NCBI RefSeq assembly: GCF_009914755.1
Contig: NC_060925.1
Direction: 5' to 3' (one strand)
DNA: 64,000 bases
Origin: the human T2T-CHM13v2.0 reference genome, Homo sapiens
Position 1 is the first letter of the stretch; each line of letters starts with the position of its first letter. A model generated the notes under the pieces. It did no database searches and was not told the DNA's origin. It saw only the letters and a program-made list of their open reading frames with translations. Made by a program: the position numbers and the translations under genes. This document shows positions 25,130-39,954 of the stretch, in pieces.

Positions 25130-25781
25130 CATTATTTGGATGATAAAAGCAATCCATGTTTTTTTTTGGAAGCCCAGAAAATTTAGAAGAGCATAACGAA
25201 GGAAATAAAAATGATCCAGAGTCTCACCAGTTAGAAACATGTATGGTTAACATTGCCTCATGTTTTCACATCTTCTTTCCCTAGACACGATGCAGCATGC
25301 AGGGGGCTTCTCAGCCTGTGCAGAGTGTGTCCTGCTCTGGAATTCAGCCATGCTCTGGCATAGCTGATGAGCTGGTGACACAGGGCCACCACCATCTCTT
25401 CTGGGACTGAAGCGCCTCCTGGAAGAAAACTTATCCTGCGGTAAGAGGCAGCCAGGCAGGGCCAGCTCTGGGTCTGAATATCGGCTCCACCATGGGTGGG
25501 TGGGTGGACTTGGGCCCATTTTCCTGCTTCCTAATCTATAAGACGTGGGATAATAGTGGAGCCCAATTCACCAGCTGTTTAAGATGGTTGCATGAAATAA
25601 CAATACCTGTAACAAGGCACAAGTGACAGCATTTTCATATCTAGAAGCTATCAGCGATTTCTCTGTATAGACCAGAGACAGAAATGGAGTAGAGCTGTAC
25701 AGGCAATCTATGTGAGGCTTCCTCAGAGTAATGCAAATATAAGGCCAGCAAGCAAACTTACTGAGGTAGGAAGACATTTTT

Positions 25782-25783
<2 letters not shown>

Positions 25784-25812
<29 letters not shown>
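25784..25812 (+). repeat. (TG)n microsatellite
   Basis: About 14 TG units. Confidence 0.95.
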
Positions 25813-25813
<1 letters not shown>

Positions 25814-26513
25814 TGCATAATAAAAGAGCTGGTACCCTGGATGCTCAGGTGGTGCTGGCAGGATTTACACCTGTGCATGGACTGGTTGCGCCAGGCAGGC
25901 AGGTCTGGTCTTTAACAGGAACATTCTGTTTCTCACTCTATTGGTGTTTGGAAGCAAGTTTGACTCCTTAGGGCTTTGAATAACACAGAGGCAATGAGGA
26001 TTGAGGCCTTGAGATGGAGTCACTGAACTGTGCGATTAATATTGGTGGGCATTTAAATAATTGGAAACTTACTAACAGATGTGTCTGCATTTTTACCCCC
26101 ACCTGCTGAGCTGGGCCCTTGCTGGTAATAGGCAGGTTAAGTACTTTGAGGGCTTGGCACACAAAATGTATACAATGAATAGAAGTGGTTATAAGCTGTA
26201 GGGCCAGATGGGAGAGGTGAGGCTGAGCATATAGTGGGAATTATAACTCAGGTTTTCCCTTGGGCCTGACCTATGAACGCCTATGTGTGCCCTTGGGAAG
26301 ATAGAGGGGAATTAAGCAAAAATGGAAAGAACACTTTGACTAAAAGCTCTATAAGTCCTTGGGGACATTGACAGAGCTCTTGGCATACGCCCTTCCCCAA
26401 GAGAAGAACAGACGAAAAGCCTGCCTGCCTGCACCTGTTCCCTTCTTCTGGGAGCTGCTTCATCTCCTATCCCATGCCACCCTGTGGTTTGAGTGGGAGC
26501 TACCAATCACGGT

Positions 26514-26710
26514 ATTCATCCTTATAGTCACACAAGTGATCACATGACCCAGGTCCATCCAACCAGGGACTTTCCCTGAGAATTTTTATTTGGAACAAAC
26601 AGAGAAAAGCCATTCACCCTTATAGTCACACAAGTGATCACATGACCCAGGTCCAGCCAATCAGGAACTTTCCCTGAGAATTTTTATTTGGAACGAACAG
26701 GGGAAAGCCA
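26514..26710 (+). repeat. Tandem duplication, 98-bp unit x2, within an old ERVL/MaLR-like LTR
   Basis: attca[t/c]ccttatagtcacacaagtgatcacatgacccaggtcca...ctttccctgagaatttttatttggaac at 26514 and 26612. Confidence 0.95.
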
Positions 26711-27249
26711 ATCCTTTAAAGGCAACAGCATGAGCTGTCATCCTCCAAATTATTGTGGGCCTGGTGGACCTCCCCCACCTTGTGGGAGAGAGCAATCTGA
26801 GTAGCAGGAGGCAGAGCTAATCCATCAAGAGAAGTGGAGGTGAGAAATGGAGTGGTGGGGGTTGTTAGAGGGCATTCAAATCCTGGTTGTGGTCATTCCT
26901 ATACTCCAACTACACCCCGTTACTTCCCATGGTTTGGACATGTCACCCAAGATGCTCTTCTTTTCATCTGGCTACCTCAAGTTGGGATTCCAGAACTTGA
27001 AGGTCCTGTAGTACTAGGTGATTCCACGTGCATTGATAGTAGTTTGGCTGAACATATTGGGAGCCTGGTTGGGGGTAATGGCACCTGCTGAGAATGGCCA
27101 TGCCCAGCAAAGGTGGTGTTATCTCATAGAAATGGCAGAGACACCCAGGAGAGAAGGCAGTGCTGGGGAAGATGCAGTACCCGGCAGAAGCAGCAGAAAG
27201 TTGGGGGTGGGTGGAAGTGGGCACAGAATTGAGCAGTCTTATTGGTGAA

Positions 27250-28580
<1,331 letters not shown>

Positions 28581-28595
28581 AAAAAAATCTATTCT

Positions 28596-29560
<965 letters not shown>

Positions 29561-29929
29561 AATTATTTTACCACTCATTTGGAAGAGTACCTTATCACCT
29601 ACTGAAGTTTTTTAAGTGCTAGGATCTGTTTCTAAGCTTTCTGTTAGGTTCCTCCGGTCTATTTGATCATTTTTGGACAATAATGTAATTAAAAAACCCA
29701 AACCATGAGTCCTTTTTTTTCCATGGGGAAGTTTAATTCAGTTGTATTTCTTGTCAAAATTGATTATATAATTTTGCATTCTCATTGAGTTTAATGCTTT
29801 TTTTCTTTTTAAAGCTTTTGTGTGTTGTTCACTGCTGTATCTTCATTGCCTAGAATAATGCCTGGCAAAGAGCAGGAACTCAATAAATGCGTATTAAATT
29901 AAGGTATATGTGAATTTAGTATAGGATTA

Positions 29930-30750
29930 AAGTGGCCATTTAAGTGAAGAAGGATAAGTAATGTTTCTGGCTAGTTATCCAGAAAATAAATAAATGTACA
30001 TTCTTACTTTATATCATGCACAAAACAAATTTCAGATAAATTAAACATTCAATCTTCAAAATAAACTAAACAAATATTAGAAAATGTTGGGGGATGTGTT
30101 TATAACAGTTGAGTAGATAACAGTCCTTAAGATAAAAATGCAGAAGCGACAAAAAAAGGTGGATTATTCTGTCTACCTCCAAGTTTAAAACTTCCCTAAG
30201 ACAAAGATGTCATAAACCAAGCCAGGTAAAGCAACCGACTAGGAGAAAATACTTGCAATATGTATAATAGACAATAATCAGAATAAATGAGATTCCACAA
30301 GTCAAAAGAAAAATAAAGCAAAATTAGTACAAAATAGGGCAAAAGATATGAATTGGCAATTCACAGAGGGGAAAAATGGCCAAAAAAAGTTTAAAATATT
30401 TTGATAATCAGGGTTATAAAAACTAAAATGACAGTGAGATAATCATCACTTATTTGGTTAGAAAATACCAAGCAGTGGGTTGGCTAGGACATAGGGAAGG
30501 AGTACAACCATACACGGCAGAGGTGAGTGTAACTGGCATCATAGAAGGCAGTTGGGCAGAATCCATTAAAATAAAAAATACACAGGCCCTTGGATGTAGC
30601 AATTCCACTCCTTGGTATTTACCCTCCCTAAGAATTACTCTCACATGTGCAAAAAAAAGCAGCTATAAGATGTTTCTCCATCTTTGTGAGGTTAAACAAT
30701 TGTAAAAATCTTCATTATCTTTTTATGGAAGAATGATGAAATAAACTGAG
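29930..30750 (+). mobile_element. L1ME-type fragment
   Basis: gggcaaaagatatgaattggcaattcacagagg...gcaattccactccttggtatttaccc. Confidence 0.7.
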
Positions 30751-30764
30751 GAATATTCATAGTA

Positions 30765-31690
30765 AGAATTTTTAACATATTTGTGCCATGAACCCCACTG
30801 GTAGTCTGGTAAAGCCCACAGATTCGCTCTCAGAATAATGTTTTTAGTGCATAAAATAAGATAGATAAGATTACAAAAGAAGCTAATTATATGGAATGCA
30901 ATTATCAAACTTATAAAACTCAGACATGGTGATATATGTATTCTTTTAAGATCAAGATTTAGCAGCAGGTCTATTAACTACTAAAAATTTCAAGTTAAGA
31001 TGAATGTAAATAATATTTTGAGATACTTGCAATAACTGTAATCTGAAATAAAAATATCTGTGATTTCTGTTGGTGACAAGGTGCTAATTCCACTGTTTTT
31101 TGTCTCCAGCTATATTCATTTCCCATTGCTGCTTCGTTTATTACCACAAACTTACTTTATTATGTCACATTTCTGCTGGTTAGAAGTCTGAAGTCAGTAT
31201 CAATGGACTAAAAGCAAGGTGTGTCGGGGGCTGTGTTTCCTTTAGAGGCCCAAAGGGAGACTCCATTTCCTTGTCTTTTCCAGCTTCTGGAAGCTTCTTG
31301 CATTCCTTGGCTCATGGACCCGCATCATTCCGACCTCTGCTTCTGCCGTCACGTCTCCTTCTCAGACTCTGACTCTCCAGCCTCCCTCTCATAAGGACCC
31401 TTGTGATTACATTGAGCCCACTAGGATAATCCAGGATCATCTCCCGATCTCAGGATCCTTGATTTCATCCCGTCTGCAAAGTCCTTTTTGCTTTGTTAGG
31501 TTCCACAGTGACAGATTCCAGGAATTGGGACATGGATATCTTTGGGGACCATTTTCTGCCAACCACTCCTATACTCATAACTAAAAGAAATGCTAAATTT
31601 CAGTTAGGGTTTAGTAGAAATAAATATGCAAAAATTTTCTGCTCAGGTTCATAGACTGCCCTTGAATTCCACCCATGAACCTTAGATCCG
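30765..31690 (+). mobile_element. hAT-Charlie MITE (MER119-like) split by an MLT1 LTR
   Basis: ttgtgccatgaacccc...ctcagaataatgttttt...gattacaaaagaagctaattatat; resumes aaatgctaaatttcagttag...gttcatagac. Confidence 0.65.
31108..31570 (-). mobile_element. MLT1C/D MaLR LTR
   Basis: catttccttgtcttttccagcttctggaagc...aaggacccttgtgattacattgagcccactaggataatccagga. Confidence 0.88.
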
Positions 31691-31936
31691 GTATTGATAC
31701 CTATTAACAAACTGCCATCTAGAAAGATAGTACTGATTTATACTCCCTCAACAGGCTATAAAAGTGTCCATTTCCCTCAGGTTGTTACCTAGATCAGGTT
31801 TTATCATTTAAAAAAGAGGGAAAGGAAAGGAAAGTTAGAAAGAAAAAGGAAAGGAAGGAAAGAAATCTCTGCCAATCTGAAAGAGGGGGAAACACATATA
31901 ATTGAGAATTTAGCTTTATTTAGACATTACGTTACT

Positions 31937-32238
31937 TTTTTTTTTAATTTTTTTTTTTTTTGAGACAGAGTCTCGCTCTGTCGCCCAGCCTGAAGTGCAG
32001 TGGTGTGATTTCAGCTCACTGCAACCTCTGCCTCCGGGGTCAAGCGACTCTCCTATCTCAGCCTCCCGAGTAGCTGGGATTACAGGCTCACGCCAACACA
32101 CCTGGCTAATTTTTGTATTTTTAATAGAGATGGGGTTTCACCATGCTAGCCAGGCTGGTCTTGAACTCCTGACCTCGTGAACTGCCCGCCTCAGCCTCCC
32201 AAAGCTCTGGGATTACAGGCATGAGCCACTGTACCCGT
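31937..32238 (-). mobile_element. AluS (Sg-like)
   Basis: Full dimer; TSD ta[c/t]gttac-tttt. Confidence 0.95.
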
Positions 32239-32299
32239 CTATGTTACCTTTTAATCTCAAAACTTGCTTGAAATTTCAACACCATCTTATGAGTCTAAA

Positions 32300-32525
32300 G
32301 CAAAGGTTGGCAAACTTGCTGAAAATGGTCAGATAACAAATATTTAATGCTTTTTCTGCTTTATGGTTTGTGCTGTGCTGGACACTCGATTCTGCCATTG
32401 TGGTATGGAAGAGCCATAGATAATATGTAAACAAATGAGCATGGCTGTGTCCCAAGAGAGCTTTATTTACAAAAGCAGGTGGTGGGCCCAAACTGGCCTG
32501 TAGGCCATAGTTTGCCAATCCCTAT
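32300..32525 (+). mobile_element. MER58A hAT MITE
   Basis: ggttggcaaact...ctttatttacaaaagcaggtggtgggcc...tagtttgccaatccct. Confidence 0.85.
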
Positions 32526-32527
32526 TT

Positions 32528-32850
32528 TAGAGCAGTACTTTATATTAAAAATATAATGCAAGCCACATATGTAATGTAAAAATTTCTAGTACCCACATTA
32601 GAAAAGTAAAAACAAACAGATGAAATGAACATATTTTATTAGATTCAACATATCCAAAACATTATCATTTCAACATATAATCAACATAAAAATTATTGAG
32701 ATATTTTACAATTTTAATTTTTCAGTATGTATTCACAATCTGGTGTGTGTTTTACACTTTCAGTGTTTCAGTTCAGACTAGCCACATTGCAAGTACTGAA
32801 TAATCCTATGTGGATGGTGGCCACTGTATTGGACAGTGTAGTTCTGGAGC
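32528..32850. mobile_element. MER33 hAT MITE
   Basis: atataatgcaagccacatatgtaat...ctagccacattgcaagtact...ggccactgtattggacagt. Confidence 0.85.
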
Positions 32851-33444
32851 ATAATTCTAAGCCCAATTTTATTTTTTCTTTGCAGAAACCAAGTCTTTTT
32901 TTTTTCTGTTAAAAAATTAAATTTAACGAGTATATATTTAAGTAGACTATGTTTAATTTTTTTCAATATTTTTGTCTGCTATTTAGAGATTGCTTTCAAA
33001 CTGTGGACTCAGTTTTTTAACACAGAACACATTTCTTCTGTTCTATCCTTGATTATTGCTTTGGTTCTCTTCCTATATATATTTTAGCAGCACTAATTAT
33101 TTGTATATTGGGTCTCAATTATTTCTCTTACCTGTTTTTTAACCCCTTTTTCTTTTGCATTATGGAGAAACTTTTAAAGCTTATTCTTCACATTACTAAT
33201 TCCATTTTTATGCTATTTTAAAAAATCTTTATAGGCTTCTAATGAAGATATTGTATTATTTACAATATTTCCTTATATAGCCCTCTTTTTATTGCTGCCA
33301 CTCCGCCAATGAGTTCTTTTCATATAAACCTTTTGACTTATCAATTACTTTCCTCCCATTTTAAATTCAATTTATTCAACATAAAAATAAGTTTATTCAC
33401 TTAAACCTCTGTGAAAAACCTTAAAATATTATCTTTAAACTGTC

Positions 33445-33790
33445 TAGTGTGTTTGTCAGCTACTGCCACAATCATGCTATATAACAAGTCTCCCAAAACA
33501 CTGTGATAAACAACAATAAATACTTAGATTCTGAGTGTTGGTTGCAGCGTTCTGCCTGAGGCTGTGGCCTGCATGTTGACTGGGCTGGCTCTGCTCCACG
33601 ACTCACTCTGGGCCAGTCCACCTGAGACATGTTATTTTCACAATGGAATGCAAAGTTCCCTGAGAGCCAAAGAAGAAACGCTGTATGATGCTTAAGTGTG
33701 AGGCTCAAAACTCACACAGGATCACTTCCGCTCACATACCATTGGCCACAGCTAATCATCTGACCAAACTCAAAATCAATTGGGTGGAGC
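33445..33790 (-). mobile_element. Old MLT1 LTR
   Basis: tgtttgtcagctactgccacaatcatgctatataacaa...tcacttccgctcacataccattggccacagctaatca. Confidence 0.7.
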
Positions 33791-33833
33791 TTTGTCAGTT
33801 CACCCTTCATCACTTGTTTTAAAGAGTCAATTT

Positions 33834-34127
33834 GGCCGGGCATGGTGGCTCTGCCTGTAATCCCAGTACTTTGAGAGGCTGAGGCAGGCAGATCATGAGA
33901 TCAGGAGATCGAGACCATCCTGGCTAACACGGTGAAATCCCGTCCTACTAAAAATACAAAAAATTAGCTGGGCGTGGTGGCATGTTCCTGTAGTCCCAGC
34001 AACTCGGGAGGCTGAGGCAGGAGAATCGCTTGAACCCAGGAGGAGGAGGTTGTAGTGAGCGGAGATTGCGCCACTGTGCCCCAACCTGGGTGACAGAGCG
34101 AGACTCTGTCTCAAAAAAAAAAAAAAT
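33834..34127 (+). mobile_element. AluSc/Y-like
   Basis: gagatcgagaccatcctggctaacacgg; TSD agagtcaattt. Confidence 0.95.
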
Positions 34128-34149
34128 AGAGTCAATTTATAAAACCATG

Positions 34150-34480
34150 ATGATATACTATTACATACTTACTAAGATGGCTAAAGTAACAAACTGACCA
34201 TGCTGCTTGTGAGGATGCTGAGAAACTGGAACTCTCTTGTAACGCTGGTAGAAGTGCAAAATGGTATGGGCCCTTTGGCAAACAGTACAGCAGAGTTTAT
34301 AGCTAAATATACATCCACTATGTGACCCAGCAATTCTACCTCCAGGTATTTACTCAAAAGAGATGAAAACTTATACTAAGTGAAAGAAGCGAGATTCAAA
34401 AGCCTGCGTACTCAAAAGGCTGTGTACTGTGTCATTCCAGCAAAGGAAAGACTATATAGTGACAGAGAACAGATGAGTCA
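34150..34480 (+). mobile_element. Old L1M 3' fragment
   Basis: gagaaactggaactctc...gacccagcaattctacctccaggtatttactcaaaagagatgaaaac. Confidence 0.75.
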
Positions 34481-34657
34481 ATTCAAACAATGAATGCAAA
34501 CAAAAGCTGAGGCCTTTCTAAAAATGCCCTTTGTTTCCTTTAGTAAATTGTTTTCATAAGAAGGCTCTTCTCCTTGGCATACAGTGCTATAACCTCTGTT
34601 TTATATTGCAGCATATTTCGCAGCCTGTGTTGTTGGATTTTCCCCCTTTCTAGTCAT

Positions 34658-34945
34658 TTTGTTTGTTTGTTTGTTTGTTTTGAGACAGGGTCTCACTCTG
34701 TTGCCTAGGCTGGAGCGCAGTGGTGCGAGCCTTGACCTCTCAGTCTTAGGTGATCCTCCTACGTCAGCCTCCCAGGTAGCTGGGACTGCAGGTGTGTATT
34801 ACCACACGTGGCTAATTTTTTTTTTTTTTTTTGTAGAGACGGGATTTCACCATGTTGCCCAGGATGGTCTCAAATTCCTGAGCTCAAGTAATCTGCCTGC
34901 CTCAACTTCCCAAAGTGCTGGGATTACAGGCTATTGTGCCTGGCC
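34658..34945 (-). mobile_element. AluJ with a small internal deletion
   Basis: (TTTG)n tail, gagacagggtctcactctg...cccaaagtgctgggattacagg. Confidence 0.9.
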
Positions 34946-35826
34946 TCCTCTCTAGTTTTGAATGAAAAAATTTCTATCTACATCTAGTGTTTAACCCTAA
35001 TTGGAGAAGGTGACTCCTCCTTGGTTCTTCTCATTCTCCCTCGTTGTAATTTTTCTATCTGATTTCAAACAAGAAGGTCCGTATCTACACTGGTTTTTCT
35101 GTCACTCATGGCTGGGCCTGGCTCAGCTAGCATCTCTGCAGGCTATGCTGGCACCAGAAACAGTGTCCAAGGGGCATCATATGGCATGCCAGGGGGCATG
35201 TCCTAGACTTAGGGAATCCAGTTTTAGGAGATGATGTGTGATGCCTTTAGTGATGCCTTTAGAGAAGGCTGCCCGGGAAAGGGGCCCCAGGACAAAGGAG
35301 ACCCAGGCCTCTAGCTTGCTAGGCTAGGTGACAGCTGAGCCTGAAGAAGTTACGGGGACTTATTCCATCCCCTGACCTGTCAGGAGTGTGGTGAAGGCAG
35401 AGGAACCAGGTGTTATCCAGGCTTGCCAGCCCTTGGGCTCCTCAGTTTGCATAGTTTCTTTTCTAACTGAAACCCTCCTTACCCTCCTCCATCAGCCCCA
35501 GCTCAGCCCCCCAGCAGGCAGAGTGTGCATTAATAACTAGTAGATTTATGGCTAAGAAGCCTGCCTAATTCTGCAGAGATGAGCTCCCAAAGGAAGCTGG
35601 TGGTTTGGCTGGTGCTCCTGGCCACCTCCTCTTGCTTCTGAAATCATCTCTGGGCAATCAGTGACTTCCTTCCACTGCATGGTCTGCTGTGAGCATGCAG
35701 GAAGCCCGCTGGTCTCCTTGGGCTGACGCTTGGCCTGGGGGATGCCATGGGGCAGGGGCAGCCAGAGGGCCCAGCCAGGGTGAGAGCAGGGCCTGCTGCC
35801 ACCCCACCCCCACCGTGCCCCGGAGG

Positions 35827-36520
35827 GCAGCTTTCACTCCCTCACCCCTGAACTCCACTCACTTTCCTGGACCAAGCTTCCAGCTTGACCTGGCTGGTGT
35901 GTGATCTCGGGAGAGGCCCTTCTCAATTATTCAGGGAAGTGACTCATCCTGGGAGGAGAAGGAAGCACTGGGGTGATGGGTGGTGGGTCTTGGACTGAGG
36001 GAGGGAAAGTCACCTTTTGTTGCTGGGCTTGTGTCACTTGGGCCTGGACTGAGCTGAGCTGGCCTCTGCGAGGCAGGACAATGTTCACCAAGGGACCTCA
36101 CACGTGTACTGGGCCTGTAGATTCAGAGAGAAGTCACAGACAATTTTACCTGTAGGTTACTCCATGTTGAGCTTTTCTTCTGTTATTCTTGAACCTTCAG
36201 CAACCTTGTTAAACGTCACAGCCGAGACTCAGATGCACTGGGGGACATATGAAAGGCTGTCCTCCCCTTGTGGGACAGAGTGATAAAGGGGCTGTGGGTC
36301 CTGCTTCTGCTGCGGCCCCCTTGGAATATCAGCAAGGGCCTGAAAGGAGGCTGGTGCCTCACGGCGGTGGAGGGAGATGAGGCGGTGTGGCCATGTGCAG
36401 AAGGGGCTCTAGGGGAAGGTTTGCAGCTTTGACTCCCTCACCCCTAAACTCCACTCACTTTCCTGGATCAAGCTTCCAGCATGTCCTGGCTTGTGTGTGA
36501 TCTTGGGAAAGGCCCTTCTC
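35827..36520 (+). repeat. Dispersed 98-bp direct repeat (35827-35924 and 36423-36520)
   Basis: gcagcttt[c/g]actccctcacccct[g/a]aactccactcactttcctgga...ggcccttctc, 8 mismatches, no indels. Confidence 0.95.
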
Positions 36521-37719
36521 CTAGGTCTCAAAATGTCCCCAGCGTGCTGTCTGACATTTGCTCAGGTGGCCTCCTTGTGAGGGCAGATGGTGCTGGACAG
36601 TCTAGTGTACTCTAATTAAAAACTTCCTGGGAATGGAGCCTCCTTTTGCAGTATCCACCCTAGAAGGTGGGGACATTCTGGTGATGGGTTATTCCCGTTC
36701 TCCGCGAACTCTGGGGAAGAGACATGAACGAGGTGCCACAGAAGTGCCTTGGAAGGGAGGAGTGTGTCCTTCAGTTTGGGCGGGGAGAAAGCTTTCCAGA
36801 GGGGCTGTTGGAGTGGCTCTCAGAGGGCACAACAGCGATCGTCTTAGTCCATGTACCTTCCTCTGTTTCTCAGGCTATTTCGTTAGGACAAATTCCTAGA
36901 AGTGAAATTTCTGTGCCCAGGATAGGGCATTCATCAGGATTCTTTTGCTGTAGTGGCCAAAAAGCCCCCCTAAGCTGACTTCTCTAAATGAGACAAGTGT
37001 GGGTGGGGGTTGTTTTGGCTCACTTGGTGTGGGCAAGTCCTGGGGAGAGACACGGATTCCGTCAGGTGGGACCCAGGACTCAATCCATCACCCTGGGATT
37101 CATCCTCTCTCCCTTCATCTCTCTGCTCAGCTTTCCTCTGAAAGGAATTAATTTCCTTATTCTGAGGCAGGCTCTTCTCCCTGCTGGAACCCCTGGAAGC
37201 TCCAGACTTATCTCCTGCCAGCTTAGCCATCTGCACAAAAAGAGAATCTTTCTCTTTGATTCAGTCTACGCAAGACCTGGGCTAAGTCCCACTGGACCAG
37301 CTTGGGTCCCTGCATTGGACACAGGGCTGGGAGGGGCAGTGCCTTCATTGGTGAGTCTTGAGTCCTGCACCTACTTCTGGAACCTGGAGGGAGTGCCCAC
37401 CCAAACCAGTGGATGCACTTCCCAAGGGAAAACCAAGATCCTGCTACCAAGAGAAGTTGCACAGCAAACTCCACAGATGTCCACTACCAGCAGGGCCATT
37501 CCTTACCCTCTCGATACTTCATCAGATTTTATCTTCAGCAATCACTCAATGGTAGGAGAAACCTGTTGGAGCAGAGGATCAAGGAAGGCTAGAAATCCTT
37601 GAGAGAGTCATTTATTTGCTGGATTTATTTATTTTATGGATTGAAAGCTGCTGCCTGTCAGCAGCTGCTTGGAGCTCTGGAGGAAGAGTGACTACATAGT
37701 CAGGCGCTGTCCTGGGCCC

Positions 37720-38200
37720 AGGGGGTTACAGAGTGAACCCCCTGGTTACTGTCTCAGAGGGCTTTCATTCCGGGTGGGAGAATGTGTGTACAGAGATAAT
37801 GGATGAGCAGAGTTAGCAGGTCACAGGGTGCTCCAAAAGCACTGTGGCTGGGCACCTAGGCTGGTGGGAGTAGAGGTGAGCCTGGGCATGAGGGTGCCTG
37901 GAGATGAGGCTGGGCTCTAAGACTGGAAGGATGACTGGGGGTGGGATGTTCCAGAGAGAGGAGACAGCCCAGTGAGGGTCAGAGATCCAGGAGAAGAGAG
38001 GGCATTCAGTAACTTCCGATGGACACGTGAGGCTGGAGGGTCCAAGTGGGGATGGGCCTTGGGGAGGGATGGTGTCTGCTGAGGCCCAAGGGTTTGGTAA
38101 AGAAAACTAATGGGGAAGGAGGTCCTTGCCAAGGGCTTGGGCTTGATTCTGGGCAATGGGAAGACAGTAAAGGGTTGTGAGTGCAAGAGTGGCTCATGCA
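37720..38200 (-). mobile_element. L2 fragment, diverged
   Basis: ctcagagggctttcattccgggtggg...gggcttgattctgggcaatgggaagacagtaaaggg. Confidence 0.55.
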
Positions 38201-38439
38201 GGTGTGTGTGGTCTGGGACAGTGGGGGTGGTTCACATGGGGGCCTGCACCTAGGCAGCCAGGGGGCCGGGTGACCTGTGGAAGATGAAGAGTAACACGGG
38301 ACCATAGCTGTCTCTCTTTCTCCCCCTCCTGCCTCTCCTTTCTCCGGCCTGTCTTCCTTCTTCTCTCCCTCCCCTTTATTCCCTCATCCCTTTTGTCTCC
38401 TTGGAGGGTGGAGAGCTGCCTTTCCAGAAATAGGAGTTT

Positions 38440-38930
38440 ATGGAGAAGTTTATCCTTGGCACGAGAGACATCCGCCTCACTCCAGAAAACCCAAGATAAA
38501 ATAAATCTAATTAAATCTGTTACTGTTCACAGAGACTAGTTTTGTGGGCAATTGACCTGTTTTATTTATTATGTAAACCATCATGAAACCCAAGCTCCAT
38601 ATTATTTATGCTAATGGAAGGGAATAGGTAATAAATCCCGCATGAGGATGTGGGCAGACCAGATGGTACTGGTGGCACTTTGATGGCTCGTGCTGGAGGA
38701 GCTGGTGCCAGACGTCGCTCCCAACCCCAGGAGAAGGGCTGGGAGGGGCTGGGAGGGGGTGGGATTGAGTCCTGGGGGCAGCTTCACTTTCAGCAAATTG
38801 AAAAGTGCTAATGAGAAGATGGGGGCTTTCTGGGTCATCTCCTTCTCCCTCTTGGAGGAAATGCCAATCTGTGATACATCCCTTGGAGAAATCGGAATAA
38901 AATTAGATGGCGCACCTCCCATTTGCCCCA
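38440..38930. promoter_or_regulatory. Candidate conserved enhancer (AT-rich, homeodomain/FOX motifs)
   Basis: CTAATTAAA, TGTAAAC, TTTATG and GTAATAAA (38628-38635) in a repeat-free island within GC-rich DNA. Confidence 0.4.
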
Positions 38931-39129
38931 CACTAGGGCAAGCCTGCCACCTGCATGCTCACATCAGATTCCACAGCAACCCTGAGAAGTAGGCCTCATT
39001 TTCCTCCATTTTATAGGTGAGAAAACTGAAGCAGCATCAGGGCTGGGGTTTGAACCCAAGGTGTTTGAACTTGGACATGTAAGCCTCAAGTCTTCTCAGG
39101 GCACTGTGGCCTTTGGTAATACAGATCTG

Positions 39130-39340
39130 GGAAGGAAGGGTAGAGACCAGGGGAGGAGAGAGGAGGACAGGAGGAAAGAGGGAAGGGCAAAGAAGGGTGG
39201 CAGCAGTGAGGGGGGCTGGGAGGATTGGAAGTGGGGCAGGAAGGAGGGGAGAAGGAGAGGGAAAGGAGAGAAGGGAGGAAGGTAGTGTGAGGCAAGGGCA
39301 AGGGGGAGTGGGTGGGGAAGGGGGACGAGGAGAGGGAAGG
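39130..39340 (+). repeat. GA-rich polypurine low-complexity tract
   Basis: Near-continuous G/A with multiple G runs. Confidence 0.85.
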
Positions 39341-39954
39341 TACTTCTCTCTCCCCCTGAGAGCAGCTGGCCTTAGATCTTCAGAGGAAATGAGAGTTAGA
39401 CAAAGGTGGTAACTGTTTCTAGCTGTGAGGGCAGCTGCCCCTTAGAGAAATGGAAAAGCAGGGAGTGTATTTCCTGCCAAAGGCTGAGAGCATCATCTTC
39501 CCTTCAAAGAAAGGAAGAAAGAAACATAAGTCAGGAGGCCATGGAGAAGAATCTGAGTTTGCAGTAGCCTTGCAAGTAAGCAGAGTTGGCTGCCAGCCTG
39601 CACGGCCTTCCCCAGCCAGCCCCACCCCTGCAAGCAACACTAGGCACATGCCATTGCTCTTTTCTGCATGCCAGGTGCAAATTCTTGCTTTGCTTGCCCG
39701 TCTTGGGCCAAAGGGCCTAAAGAGAGAATTTAGTCCCAAGGCAGTGTGATTTATTTTCAAAGATTGCAAAGGCGTTGGGTCTTCTATGGCAATGGGAAGG
39801 ATTTGAACTTGCCATGTGGACTTGAACAAGTTACTTGGCATCTGTGATTCTCAGTTTTCTCAAGGGAATAGCAATGCCCACCTCCAATGTTGTGGATGAG
39901 GACTGAACAGGGCAAGGCATGGGCCCGCATGGTGCCTGGCACAGAAGAGGTACT

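Noticed and set aside
25731-25738. Octamer ATGCAAAT as a possible snRNA promoter element
   Set aside because: Isolated 8-mer with no PSE or snRNA body nearby
23321-26710. Repeats as possible CRISPR-like arrays
   Set aside because: Only two copies each, no unique spacers, eukaryotic context
35238-35262. 12-bp tandem duplication (another at about 61638-61665)
   Set aside because: Ordinary slippage-scale events
36988-37602. 204-aa ORF with a hydrophobic N-terminus
   Set aside because: No family motif or supporting gene structure
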